Made by a program: the position numbers and the translations under genes | Part shown: in pieces, positions 36,477 through 47,543 of the stretch | Layout of the letters: each line of letters opens with the position of its first letter | How positions within the stretch are numbered: position 1 is the stretch's first letter | Assembly (NCBI GenBank): GCA_043228905.1 | Contig: JBHGNT010000155.1 | Coordinates: 1 to 64,000 of the forward strand | Direction of reading: 5' to 3' | Length of the DNA stretch: 64,000 nt | Source: Azolla caroliniana | Taxonomy: Eukaryota > Plantae > Polypodiophyta | Notes under the pieces: model-generated | What the model was told of the DNA's origin: nothing | Databases searched by the model: none | The model's input: the letters and a program-made list of their open reading frames with translations, nothing else

Positions 36477-39336
36477 AGCTGTACGATAGAATCGAAACCG
36501 AAGAAACCTTGTATGATAGGTAGAAAAATTTGCTTCTCCAACAACGGAGGGTGTATGATAGTCGGCATCGTTGGCCGAGAAAAGGCAAGGGCGGAGGAGC
36601 GACTTCGAGCGTGCGGAGTTCTCGGCCCGGACGAGGAAATCAGCGGAGCCGTGGAGGCGGTCTCCTTCGACGACACCTTGGGGATGTTGAGGAAGGTAGC
36701 CGGAGAAGACCTTAACGAAGACCGGACGATACCGGTATGTTCCGAAGAGATGTACGAAGTCATCGCGAACTTCAGTCAGGGGCTCGGGTCGGATCGGACG
36801 GCCCGAGTTAGCACGAAGTACAAGACTGTGGACCGGAAGGTAAGGCCAGTCGCGGCACCCTTACCGGAGGGCAGCGAGTCCTGAATCAGAGGGGTTGCGT
36901 CGGACCCCAGTTTACGAGATCCGTTCTGCATAGGACACACCTTCACCGACGGGACGCTCCGGGAGCTCAAGATCGGTGGGGGCGGATTCCTACTGCCGGC
37001 GGAAGAAGACCGGTTTCGGAGAATGCTCGGAAGGCACGGGAAAGCCTTCGCATTCTCATCGGATGAGATCAGGTGCGTAGACCCGACAATCGTGGAGCCG
37101 ATGGTGATATTCACGGTACCGCATGTGCCGTGGAATCTCAAGCTGATTCCAGTACCGAGAGCTCACATCCCGAAGTTGATGGAGCTATTAAGGCAGAAAG
37201 TCAGTATGGGCATTCTCGAACCGTCGAGTGCCCCATACTCGAACCGATGGTTTACCGTACCGAAGAAAAACGGAACATTGCGCTTCATTCAAGACCTGCA
37301 GCCGGTCAACAGAGTGACCATTCGGAACGCAAGAATCGGACCGACCATAGACGAGTTCGCGGAGGCCTTTGCCGGAAGGTCGATTTATTCGGTCGGTGAT
37401 CTGTACTCAGGGTACGACCAGTTCCAGCTAGCCGTGGAGAGCAGAGACATTACGACGATGCGAACTCCCCTCGGCCTAGTGCGAATGTGTACCCTGCCAA
37501 AAGGAGGGACCAACTCGGTGGCCCACATGGTGAATGCGATGAACAAGGTACTGAGGGATTGCATCCCGGACATCACCATGTCGTTTCTAGACGACATCCC
37601 GATCAAAGGGTGCCCGGTGGAAGAGAAGGATGGGACACTCGGGCCGGACAGATGCCGGCGGTTCGTGGCGACACACATCGACGACTGTGAGAAGGTGCTA
37701 CAAAGGTTAGAGGATGCGAGGCTCACCTTCTCCGGGGAGAAATCGGCCTTCGGGCAATCAGAAATCCTGGTGGTCAGACACTTGTGTGGACCCTATGGCC
37801 GGAAGCCGTCTCCGGCAAAAGTAGAAGCCATCTTCGCAATGAAGACCGACTGTAGCTCGGTTACGGAGGTTCGGAGGTTCCTGGGGGCATGCGCATTCTA
37901 CCACATATGGATCCCGCATTACGCCCACGTTGCGGAACCACTATACGGGTTGCTGAAGAAGGGGCGAAAATTCGAGTGGCGAGACGAGCACACGGAGTCG
38001 GTCCAGAAGCTGAAGGAAGCTCTTGCGGCAGCACTGGCGCTCCGGAAGGCTGTCTACGAGAAGGGTACCCCAGTATACATAACGGTGGATACGAGCCCGA
38101 CCGGGATCGGATGGGTCGTCAACCAAGAAAACGAGGACGGCATTCGGTTCCCGATCCGATTCGGCGCGAAGGTCCTCAGTGAGCGACAACGAGGGTACGC
38201 CCAGGTTAAACGCGAACTCTGGGGTATCATTTCGGCAGTAAAGGTCGACAAAGACTACCTGATCGGGACAGAAGTGATTATCGAGACGGATTGCCTGCCA
38301 ATTCTCGGCATGGTTTCCGGATGCGCGACACCGGACCTGGCGATGCTCAGGTGGATAGCGTACATCAAGTCCCTGGACCCGGAAATACGACACATTTCCG
38401 GAAAGGACAACGCCATGGCCGACATGCTTTCGAGGGCGAGGTTTGATGACGAGGGCGGCATGGTTTCAGAGGACGAAGAAGTCGGCGTGGACTTCTTCGA
38501 GGCGGCGTACGTGACGACCGATGGGACGAGCACTCCGGCACTTAACGGCTTCGACGAGAGCAAGTACGATGGCGAGTGGCTAAAGATCGGTGGGTTTTTG
38601 AGGACAATGATGCCGGATGCGTCATGGACGAGGGACGAGGCCAACCGGATCCGGAAGAAAGCATACCGATTCTTTCTCCGGGACGGATACTTATGGAAGC
38701 ACCCGAAGAAGAAGAACGACGTCCCGCTTCGGGTGATGGCAATAAAGGAAGAACAGGAGGAGCTGCTGACGGCCTACCACGACAGCCCTTGGGCTGGACA
38801 CCGTGGAACGTGGGCCACGTTCGAGAAGATAAAGGGGAAGTACTGGTGGCCGGGACTGTACCGGGACGTGCATCGGTTCGTGACAACTTGCGAGAGCTGT
38901 CAGATGCACTCCATAGCCCAACATCAGGACGAGCTACACCCTACGTACCCTCCGACCATCCACTTCAAATGGATGGTAGATCTGGTGACGATGCCGATGG
39001 GAGTAGGACAGATGCGGTATCTGGTCCTGGCTCAGGAGGATCTGACGAACCAGGTGGAAGGCCGAGCCCTTCAGAACAAAACGACCGCGGCCGTATGTCG
39101 GTTCCTGATCGAGGACGTGATATGCCGGTACGGGTGCGTCGGGAAGATCGTGGCTGATCGCGGTGAGTTGGACGCCGAAGAGGCCGAGGAGCTGTTCGAC
39201 CGGCTAGAAGTCAAGCTCTCGCTTACCACTGCATACAATCCGGAGGCGAATGGGAAGGTGGAGCGTGGACACGGACCGATCGTCAAGGCGTTAGTTCGGG
39301 CATGCGGAGGGCAAGTCGGGAATTGGCCAGGGTTGC
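36421..39336 (+). pseudogene. G1 pol (RT-RNase H-INT), premature stop near 36884, 3' truncated
   Basis: ORFs 36513-36884 and 37023-39350 are in the same frame. Confidence 0.9.
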
Positions 39337-41297
39337 TGTTAATCGGCTAATTACTAACTACTACCGATACAGAAGAGTGAACGTCGCTACTCAACGTTCT
39401 AACAAGGAATTGTGTTTTACGAACAGAAATATACTATATTAATCGGTAATTACCGTGATCGTTACTTAGTTATAAATTAGGAAGATTGCACTTAACAAAA
39501 TAGACAATAGAAAGAACACAGAATCTGTACATGATATTCCTAACTTAAACTTATATTACTAAATAAACGACCTTTCTTACAATGCCTTCGGTTCCCTTTT
39601 ATAGGTATACCGAAGGTCTTTTCTCATCAAGAACTATTCCTACTTACTATCAAGAATTACAAAATTATCTAACTAACTTAGTTCTCTTCGTTCACTGCTG
39701 AGTCATCGATCCGAACAGTCGATCCGAACCGACTCCGTTTTCGACGCTTTCCCACTTGTTCGGTAAAACTGACTGTCCGGGTCCGGGTAACACTTGGCAC
39801 GTCCGTGGGCCAGGACCTTGTCCAGCGAACCCACGCCTATTCCTGTAGCTCTTCATCCGAATCGTTCAGAATATAAAAAATCGAAGGCTCTTCTGGCCTT
39901 GGATGTATTCCATCTATATCTTCCTCTTCCTCTTCATCTTCATCTGCGTCACAGTCGTCATTCGGAGCAGGTTTTGAATGTTGTGATTCGGTTGGCTGCT
40001 CTGGTTCACTTCTTCCGGGAGCTTGAAGACCAGGAGTCTTGCTGGTTCTTTCGGCTTCGATTTTATCCAACTGGACGGAAGTGCCTATATCATTTTTGTC
40101 AAATTCTTGCATAATACGTTGAATTTCTTCTCTGTAAAATGCCGCAATTTCGTCCATATCTTTCATGATATCCTCTTGGATATTGTCAATATCCTTTTGT
40201 GCCATTTTAAAAAAACCTGCACCTTGGACCTGACGGTTATTTTTGTCGGCACGCAATAACTGTAATTCCGCCGCTTGTGCCATCCATAACTTCCATCCTT
40301 GCGCAAGGGATTCGTCGATCATTTTCTTTGCTAGGTTTCGATGTTTCCCTATGATGTGCTGCACTTTGTCCTTAGTGATGCTTGCGTCGAATTGAGCGGC
40401 TTGCAACTCTTTCCGTAAATCTGTAATGGTGGCTCGGTTTTCACTTTCAGCCTGCATTAGTTTGGATTCGACTACATATATCTCCAGCCGCCTTTGTTCC
40501 GATATCTTCCGGATTTCGTTCAGTTGTTGTTCGAATGCCAATTTCTCTTTGCTCCATTCCTCCTGTTGTTCCGTAATTCTTCTGTTGACTTCTTCAAGAC
40601 TCCGCTCTTTTTCTGTCAATTGACTTTCCTGTGACACTATATACCTTTCGAATTCCTCAATTTGTTCGGTATATGTATGACTGGCCGTCTTAGCTTCTTC
40701 CATATTTTTCTGTAATTCTTTTATTAATTGATTTTTTTCTTCGAGAACTTTGTATTGGCCATTCTGAATGGTTTCTATTTGTTTTTCTAATTCTGTAGTT
40801 CGAAATACAGCATTGTTAGCTCTTGTTGTTTCTGCTTGACGTGCTTTCTCAGCGTCCTCCAATTTCTGCTGCCATTCTGACTCCGACGCCATAGGTCGTG
40901 CCTGTGTTTCCCATTTGTTTAGACTTTCTTTTAGTTCTTTATTTTCTGTCTGTATGTTACAAAACTGACGTTTCAGCACCTCCGCCGATGCTGATACACT
41001 TTTGTATCTTTCAGCCATATCACTGGCTGCTTTGCGTGACTTTTCATATTCTCTATGAATTTCAACCAGTGCTTCATGTAATGGTGGCATTTCAATAGCC
41101 TCCCCTCTATTCTGTGCATTTCTTTTCCGGCCGATTTTCTCCATCTTTGCTTTTTCTTGAGGTTCCAACACTCCTCGTAAGGACTTCTGTATCATTATTC
41201 GGTCATGATGTTCTTGAGCCAGCCGTTCTGATACTTCTGTCAATCTTCTAGCCAACCATTCAACCAGTTCGTATGAAGTTCCGAACTGTAAAATGGC
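39337..41297 (-). mobile_element. 3' fragment of Gypsy 'element B': 3' LTR plus coiled-coil accessory ORF
   Basis: LTR 39337-39792 (TGTTA..TAACA). ORF 39837-41297 is homologous to the accessory ORF of element C. Confidence 0.8.
39837..41297 (-). CDS. Coiled-coil accessory protein (5' truncated, ~485 open codons)
   Basis: E/K/Q-rich heptad-like sequence, then MIDESLAQGWKLWMAQAAELQLLRAD and an acidic tail. Confidence 0.75.
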   Translation of the reverse strand, partial: AILQFGTSYELVEWLARRLTEVSERLAQEHHDRIMIQKSLRGVLEPQEKAKMEKIGRKRNAQNRGEAIEMPPLHEALVEIHREYEKSRKAASDMAERYKSVSASAEVLKRQFCNIQTENKELKESLNKWETQARPMASESEWQQKLEDAEKARQAETTRANNAVFRTTELEKQIETIQNGQYKVLEEKNQLIKELQKNMEEAKTASHTYTEQIEEFERYIVSQESQLTEKERSLEEVNRRITEQQEEWSKEKLAFEQQLNEIRKISEQRRLEIYVVESKLMQAESENRATITDLRKELQAAQFDASITKDKVQHIIGKHRNLAKKMIDESLAQGWKLWMAQAAELQLLRADKNNRQVQGAGFFKMAQKDIDNIQEDIMKDMDEIAAFYREEIQRIMQEFDKNDIGTSVQLDKIEAERTSKTPGLQAPGRSEPEQPTESQHSKPAPNDDCDADEDEEEEEDIDGIHPRPEEPSIFYILNDSDEELQE

Positions 41298-42585
41298 AGC
41301 CTCGCATCCTCTAGCCTTTGCAGCACCTTCTCGCAGTCGTCGATGTGCGTCACCACGAATCGCCGGCATCCGTCCGGCCCGATCGTCTCGTCCTTCTCTT
41401 CTACCGGGCATCCCTTGATCGGGATGTCGTCTAGAAACGGCATGGTGATGTCCGGGATGCAGTCCCTCAGCACCTTGTTCATTGCATTCACCATGTGGGC
41501 CACCGAGTTGGTCCCTCCTTGCGGCAGCGTACACATCCGCACTAGGCCGAGGGGAGTTCGCATCGTCGTAATGTCTCTGCTCTCCACGGCTAGCTGGAAC
41601 TGGTCGTACCCTGAGTATAGATCACCGACCGAGTAAATCGACCTTCCGACGAAGGCCTCCGCGAACTCGTCTATGGTCGGTCCGATCCCTGCGTTCCGAA
41701 TGGTCACTCTATTGACCGGCTGCAGGTCCTGAATGAAGCGCAACGATCCGTTTTTCTTTGGTACGGTAAACCATCGGTTTGAATACGGGGCGCTCGACGG
41801 CTCGAGAATGCCCATATCAACTTTCTGCTTCAACAGCTCCATCAACTTCGGGATGTGAGCTCTCGGAACCGGAATTGGCTTGAGATTCCACGGTACATGC
41901 GGTACCGTGAATATCACCATCGGCTCTACGATCGTCGGGTTTACGCACCCGATTTCCTCCGGTGAGAATGCGAAGGCTTTCCCGTGCCTTCCGAGCATTC
42001 TCCGAAACCGGTCTTCCTCCGCCGGCAGTAGGAACCCGCCCCCACCGATCTTCAGCTCGCGGAGCGTCTCGTTGGTGAAGGTGTGTCCTATGCAGGCCGG
42101 ATCTCGTAAGCTGGGGTCCGATGCAACCCCTTTGATTCGGGATTCGCTGCCCTCCGGTAAGGGCGCCGCAATTGGCCTCACCTTCCGGTCCACAGTCTTG
42201 TACTTGGTGCTAACTCGGGCCGTCCGTTCCGACTCGAGCCCTCGACCGAAGTCCGCGATGACTTCGTACATTTCTTCGGAACATACCGGTATCGTCCGGT
42301 CTTCGTTAAGGTCTCCTTCGACTACCTTCCCCAGCATTCCCAAGGTGTCGTCGAAGGAGACTGCCTCCACGGCTCCGTTGATTTCTTCGTCAGGGCCGAG
42401 AACTCCGCACGCTCGAAGTCTCCCCTCCGTCTTTGTTTTCTCTCGGCCGGCGATGCCGACCATCGTACATGCTCCGCTGTCGGAGAAGCAAAATTTCCTA
42501 CCTATTGTACACGGTTTTATCGTACAGATGTGGGGTTTTCCCGGAGCATCCGGACTGTCGCGGCCCCACGCCTTGGCAGTCCTCT
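41298..42585 (-). pseudogene. G2 pol N-terminus/RT, truncated at the junction
   Basis: RFIQDLQPVN, DLYSGYDQ, LPQGGTNS, PFLDDI. Lies in the -1 frame relative to gag-PR. Confidence 0.9.
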
Positions 42586-44721
42586 CTAAAAATCCTCTCG
42601 GTTTTCGGAACCGAGGGAGTCGCGGTTACGTTCGTGGTTCGGCCGTACCGTCAGAAACTGGACCGAATGGCGCCCGTCTTGGTTTTTGACCCTCGCGTAG
42701 GCCGAACCATTGTCCAGCACCTTGGTCTCCATTCGCGCCGCCGTGATGTACGGCTCTCCCAGTATGACCGGATGCGAAGACGTCTCCTGCACGAAGAAGT
42801 GCTGGTCAATCTCGACGTCGCCGATCTTGACTCGCACATTCGGACAGGCCCCGTGCAGTTCCTCGGTGGCGCGCGTTGCTGCCCTTATTTTCCACCTGTG
42901 CTTGGTGTTGATCGGCCATTTGCCCTTCTTATAGAAGTCCATGGACATCAAATTGATCTCCGATCCGTGGTCCACCAAAGCTATCACCGGTTCCTGGACA
43001 TCGCCGATCTTCACCGGGGTTTCCGTGGTCGCTCGGGCCCAGTGTGGTCTCGAATAGTGGCTTTCCGCCCACTCGTCTCCCAGCGCCATGTCGTCTAGGT
43101 GCATCGTCCGCACTTCCACCGGTCTTTCCGGTTCTGTCTCCGTTGACAGCCTCTTCCGTTTCACCAAGTCCACGATGGAGTCGTGGAACTCCTTCTTGGC
43201 GATTCCCAGCACCTCTCGTAACGACAGCTCCACCTTGCTGTCGAGGATCCGTTCCTCCAGGACCTTTTGTAAGTCCGTGGTCCTTTCTATCTCCGTCCCC
43301 AGACGGTACCCGCCCTTCTGGGGTTTATCTTGCGTACCGGCCCCGCCGGCTTCGTCCCGTCGTGGCCCGGACCGAGTCTCGTATCGTTGTGAGGGCCCGG
43401 TCGTCCCGGTCGTCCCGGGTTTCCCCACCCGCTTCTCTTCTACCAGAGCCTCGTAGTTCTGGCAAGCGGCTTCCACGAAGCCCGTCTTTTCCTCGACCGG
43501 GTCGCTCCACCCGGTCATCTCCCGTACCCGTTTCTCCGCACGGTCCGATTCCTCCCTTTTAAGCCTTGCACCGGCAAGGCCTTCCAGCATCGTCGGCCAG
43601 AATCCGGCTTTGCTTTCCCTTCGGGCCTCACCGCCCCCGACTCGAATGCCGGCCGACGCCGAGTAGTGGACGGTTTCCGCGTGTCGGGCCGCCGCCTCTT
43701 CCATCAACCTTTTCATACCACCTCGCCCGTCGTTTCGGCTCAGGGCCCTCCGGGTGTCGCTGGCATGCACCCGTCCTTCCCACAGGTACACCACCCTGTT
43801 CCTCAGCGCCTCCGCGAAGTCGCCGCAGTCCTTCCGAATGTGGCCGACTTCATCGCACCACATGCACCTGTTTCCTGCCGCCGGCCGTCGGTCACGAGCC
43901 GGTTCGCCACCTTCCCTTCGGGCTTGCGCGATTTGGAGGTCCTTTATCGCCCTCGTCAATTCCTCCAGCGCCGCTCCTCCGGTTGAGCCTCTGACTACGC
44001 GGGTCGAAGCCGAACCGGTTTCCAACCACTCTCGGGTCTCTTCCTTTCGCACCTGTGGCGCTGGTTCGAGCTTCCTTGCTGCGACCGAGCCCGACCCGGT
44101 TGCCCCGTTATCCGCCCATTCTCGCCGTTTGTTGAAACGGCCACAGACTTTCTTGACAGCCGCCCAGTCGGTAGTGAGCCCGTCTTCGGTTTCCAGCAAG
44201 AGGCCCACTTGCTCCCGATCCCGCTCGTCGACCGACTTGACAAACAGCAAGACCCGACTCGTGTCCAGGATGGTTCGGTCGAGCGCCGAAAGGCGCGCAA
44301 AGTTTTCCTCGAACTCCCGGAGGAGTGCCGACGCGTTTCTTCCCTTCCCCGGGGACTCCACCCATTCCATGAACCTTCGCTTCGAAAGCCGGAGCGCGTC
44401 GTCCAGCCCGTATTTCTCTAGGAGCCGACCTTCGAACTCCTCCCAGGTACGGCTCTCCGCCCGCACCTCGAGCACCTCCGCATGGATGCTCGGCATCGCC
44501 ACTCGGGGAAATCCGGCAAGACGCCTTTCTTCCGGAATGTCCCGCATCAGCATCTCTGCACCGTAGGACGCCAAATACTTCGTGGCATCCTTCCCATCGA
44601 ACCGGCCGATCGTGCCGACGACCGCCTCAATGGCTCTGTCGAGGGCACCGGTGCCCTCGCGCGCGTTTACAATCCGATCCACGGCCGAAGCCATGGCCTC
44701 TGCAAGATCCGACCCCCTCAT
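42586..44721 (-). CDS. gag-pro: G2 gag-protease polyprotein
   Basis: Uninterrupted ORF: RFDGKDATKYL, CMWCDEVGHIRKDC, ALVDHGSEINLM...VILGEPY. First ATG at 44721. Confidence 0.88.
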   Translation of the reverse strand: MRGSDLAEAMASAVDRIVNAREGTGALDRAIEAVVGTIGRFDGKDATKYLASYGAEMLMRDIPEERRLAGFPRVAMPSIHAEVLEVRAESRTWEEFEGRLLEKYGLDDALRLSKRRFMEWVESPGKGRNASALLREFEENFARLSALDRTILDTSRVLLFVKSVDERDREQVGLLLETEDGLTTDWAAVKKVCGRFNKRREWADNGATGSGSVAARKLEPAPQVRKEETREWLETGSASTRVVRGSTGGAALEELTRAIKDLQIAQARREGGEPARDRRPAAGNRCMWCDEVGHIRKDCGDFAEALRNRVVYLWEGRVHASDTRRALSRNDGRGGMKRLMEEAAARHAETVHYSASAGIRVGGGEARRESKAGFWPTMLEGLAGARLKREESDRAEKRVREMTGWSDPVEEKTGFVEAACQNYEALVEEKRVGKPGTTGTTGPSQRYETRSGPRRDEAGGAGTQDKPQKGGYRLGTEIERTTDLQKVLEERILDSKVELSLREVLGIAKKEFHDSIVDLVKRKRLSTETEPERPVEVRTMHLDDMALGDEWAESHYSRPHWARATTETPVKIGDVQEPVIALVDHGSEINLMSMDFYKKGKWPINTKHRWKIRAATRATEELHGACPNVRVKIGDVEIDQHFFVQETSSHPVILGEPYITAARMETKVLDNGSAYARVKNQDGRHSVQFLTVRPNHERNRDSLGSENREDF

Positions 44722-45557
44722 CTTCTGCTCTTCTGCCGCCTCCTTCACGTCGGGTTCACCAAAGATGTCGAGATATTACGCAAGTGCGTGTGGAAACGAG
44801 GCGGGACCGCGGGGGTCTCGAACCAAAGAGCAAGCGAGGGAGGAGAAAGAGAGAGAACCGGCTACGCAGGACCGGGGATACACAGGGACACGGCCCTTCA
44901 GCACGGAGAACGCGAACAGACACCGACACAGACAGATGCGAATGACTAAATATGTATATTAACAAAATGGCTAACACGACTACAACCCTCGATGGGGCAC
45001 AGGTTGGCTACAACCGAACAGGCCGGCGAACAGATGCCGATGCTTGTTCGCTTCGACGCACAAAGGGGTAGCAGGTCGGAGGTGCTGCCGGAAGCACTCG
45101 AGCGTTCCTCGAAACAGCGCGAGCCTCCTCGGAACCCTGCAAAGAAAAGCTATGGAGCTCAAGAAGGAAGGAAACAGAGAGAGAAGCGTCCAGAAACGGT
45201 CCGACAGCACTTCGTCCTCTCTGCGCGAGATGCCTGCAACAGCTCTTTCCTGCTCCTTATATAGGCCGACGAGCAGGCCGTCCTGTCAGCTTTATTCCCT
45301 GTCCCTTTTGGACAGGGATCCGCTCCGTTCTTCACGCATCCGCGTAGTTACGCCGCCGACTCGTACAGTTCCTTAGCTCGCGCGCGCGACCGAAAAGACT
45401 GTTCGCGCGGTCTTTGTCTCCACTTGTGTTAGGGCCCGTTCCTGCCGATTATCCTCCTAATTCGCTTCTATGTACAACTTGGAGCGTGCGCGCGTGAAGA
45501 ACCGGTTCCCACGCCTTGGTGCGCCGATTCCGCCTATGGACGGTTTTCTTCACGACA

Positions 45558-47543
45558 CCGTTGCATGCCACCGTACATCGGACACCATTCTAGTGGACCG
45601 ACACCGAGGATAGGGTGTATAGGGCCCTCAAGGTGATATTGTCGCAAGCACCAGTAGTGCAGCCTCCGAATTGGAGTAAAGAATTTCACGTGTTCGTGGA
45701 CGCCTCCGACATCGCAATCGGAAGCGTACTGATGCAGCTTACGGAACCAAAGTGGTACCGGCCAGTGTACTATGCCAGCCGAAAGCTATCCCAAGCAGAA
45801 CGGAACTACTCTACCACGGAACGGGAAGCTCTAGGGATGATCTATAGTGTGACAAAGTTTCGGCATTATTTATTGGGAAGGAAGTTTTCCTTCCATGTAG
45901 ATCATTCGGCACTCCTTTACCTGGTGTCCAAAGCATCACTCACTAGCAAATTGGCCCGGTGGACCTTACTGTTACAGGAATTCGAGTTTGAAATATTCCA
46001 CCGACCCGGTATACAGCATGCCGTGGTGGATTACTTAAGCCGATTAGAGTCCGGAGAGACGGGTGACGGAGTAGCGGATGAGTTTCCGGATGCGGAGCTG
46101 TTTCGAGTCACTACGGAGACGACAACAGATGAGACGGTGGCCCAGGAAGACAAGTGGCTCACAAATATGCACCAGTTTTTGAGCACAGGACTGCCTACGA
46201 AAGAGATGAACCGGGACGAACGAAAACGCCTAGCGGTGCAAAGCCGACATTTCTGCTTACTGCAAGACACACTTTACCACAAGGGCGCGGACGGCATATG
46301 GAGACGGGTTGTGTGCAGCGATGAAAAGGACCTCATACTGAGGGATGCCCACTGCGGAGTTGCCGGAGGTCACTATGCCGGAGATGCGACAACCAGGAAA
46401 ATATGGCAAAGTGGCCTATGGTGGCCAACGACATTAAGAGATGCGGTATGGTACGCAAAAGAATGTGACCTATGCCAGCGAATGGGCCAGCCAACGGAGC
46501 AGGCTCGTATGCCACACCAGCCGGTACTACCACTGGAGCCATTCTAAAAGTGGGGGCTGGACTTTGTTGGACTGTTCAAACCACCGGCAATGAGAACGGG
46601 TAATCAGTACGTCATCGTCGCGACGGATTACTGCACGAAATGGGTGGAGGCCATAGCTTTAAGGGACAACACCGCTGCGTCAACGGCGAAATTTCTATAC
46701 GAGTACATCTGGTGCCGTTACAGATGCCCAATTGAATTAATAAGCGACCAAGGGGGGCACTTTCTCAGCCAAGTAGTGGAAAGCCTGACGACATTCTATG
46801 CCGTTGTCCACAAACGGAGCACACCTTACTATCCGCAAGCGAACGGTTTAGCGGAATCAACGAACAAGACGCTCCAGAATATCCTCCGGAAGATCGTCAA
46901 TGAAAACCGAACGGATTGGGATACCAAGCTACGTAGCGCGCTTTGGGCATACCGGACGGCATACAAGACGAGCATCCGAACAACACCGTTCCGGTTAGCG
47001 TTCGGACTAGAGGCGGTAATGCCGGTGGAATTCCAAGTACCCAGCTTACGGATCCAGCTACGGGAACAGCTGAACGAGAAGGAGTCGGAGGCAATACGGT
47101 TAACAACGCTGTGTGAACTCGAGGAACAACGACTGGCAAGCATCCTGCACTTAGAATTGGAACAACGGCAACGGAAAGCATTTGTCGACCGGCACAGGAA
47201 AGGAAACGAAAAAATGTTCGCAATTGGCAAACTGGTGTTAGTATTTCAGACCTGGATGGGCAAGATGCCGGGTAAACTACGGTTTAGATGGACCGGACCG
47301 TATTGGCTAACACGGGAGTATAATGGGTCCTACCAGTTAGGGACACTTGCCGGCGAAGTGCTAGGCAAATGGGTCAACGGATTCCGATTGAAGCCATATA
47401 GAGGACCGATGCCTAAGAACCCATTTGAGCAAAGGACCGACACCAGTGAGGGAAACGGCAACCACCAAGACGGCAGAGACGGCGAGCCGGTAACTGGGGA
47501 GAATGAGGCCGGTAAGGGTTCGAGAGGACCAACGGACAAGTAA
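45558..47543 (+). pseudogene. Element C pol (RT connection, RNase H, integrase)
   Basis: ORFs 45615-46547 and 46590-47543, same frame, split by a stop. Confidence 0.92.

Larger units (their letters stand above)
33627..39336 (+). mobile_element. Ty3/Gypsy 'G1' 5' portion: LTR, tRNA-Trp PBS, gag-PR, RT-RH-INT (truncated)
   Basis: LTR 33627-34266 with TATAAAA at ~33798. PBS 34270-34287. gag CMWCDEVGHIRKD, PR LVDHGSEIN, RT FLDD, RNase H VDTS, INT H..H..C..C plus ADRG. Interrupted by an LTR at 39337. Confidence 0.93.
41298..45557 (-). mobile_element. Ty3/Gypsy 'G2' 5' portion (G1 family, opposite orientation)
   Basis: LTR 44766-45557, PBS 44744-44761, intact gag-PR, pol cut just after the RT FLDD motif. 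Confidence 0.93.

Noticed and set aside
39837-41534. 565-aa ORF as a host SMC/myosin-like gene
   Set aside because: Its first ~80 aa are an off-frame reading of G2 RT. The rest sits against an LTR and is homologous to the element C accessory ORF.
33623-45561. One giant TIR DNA transposon with a CCGT TSD
   Set aside because: The termini are 5' LTRs of two Gypsy copies, each followed by a PBS. The left and right flanks come from different elements.
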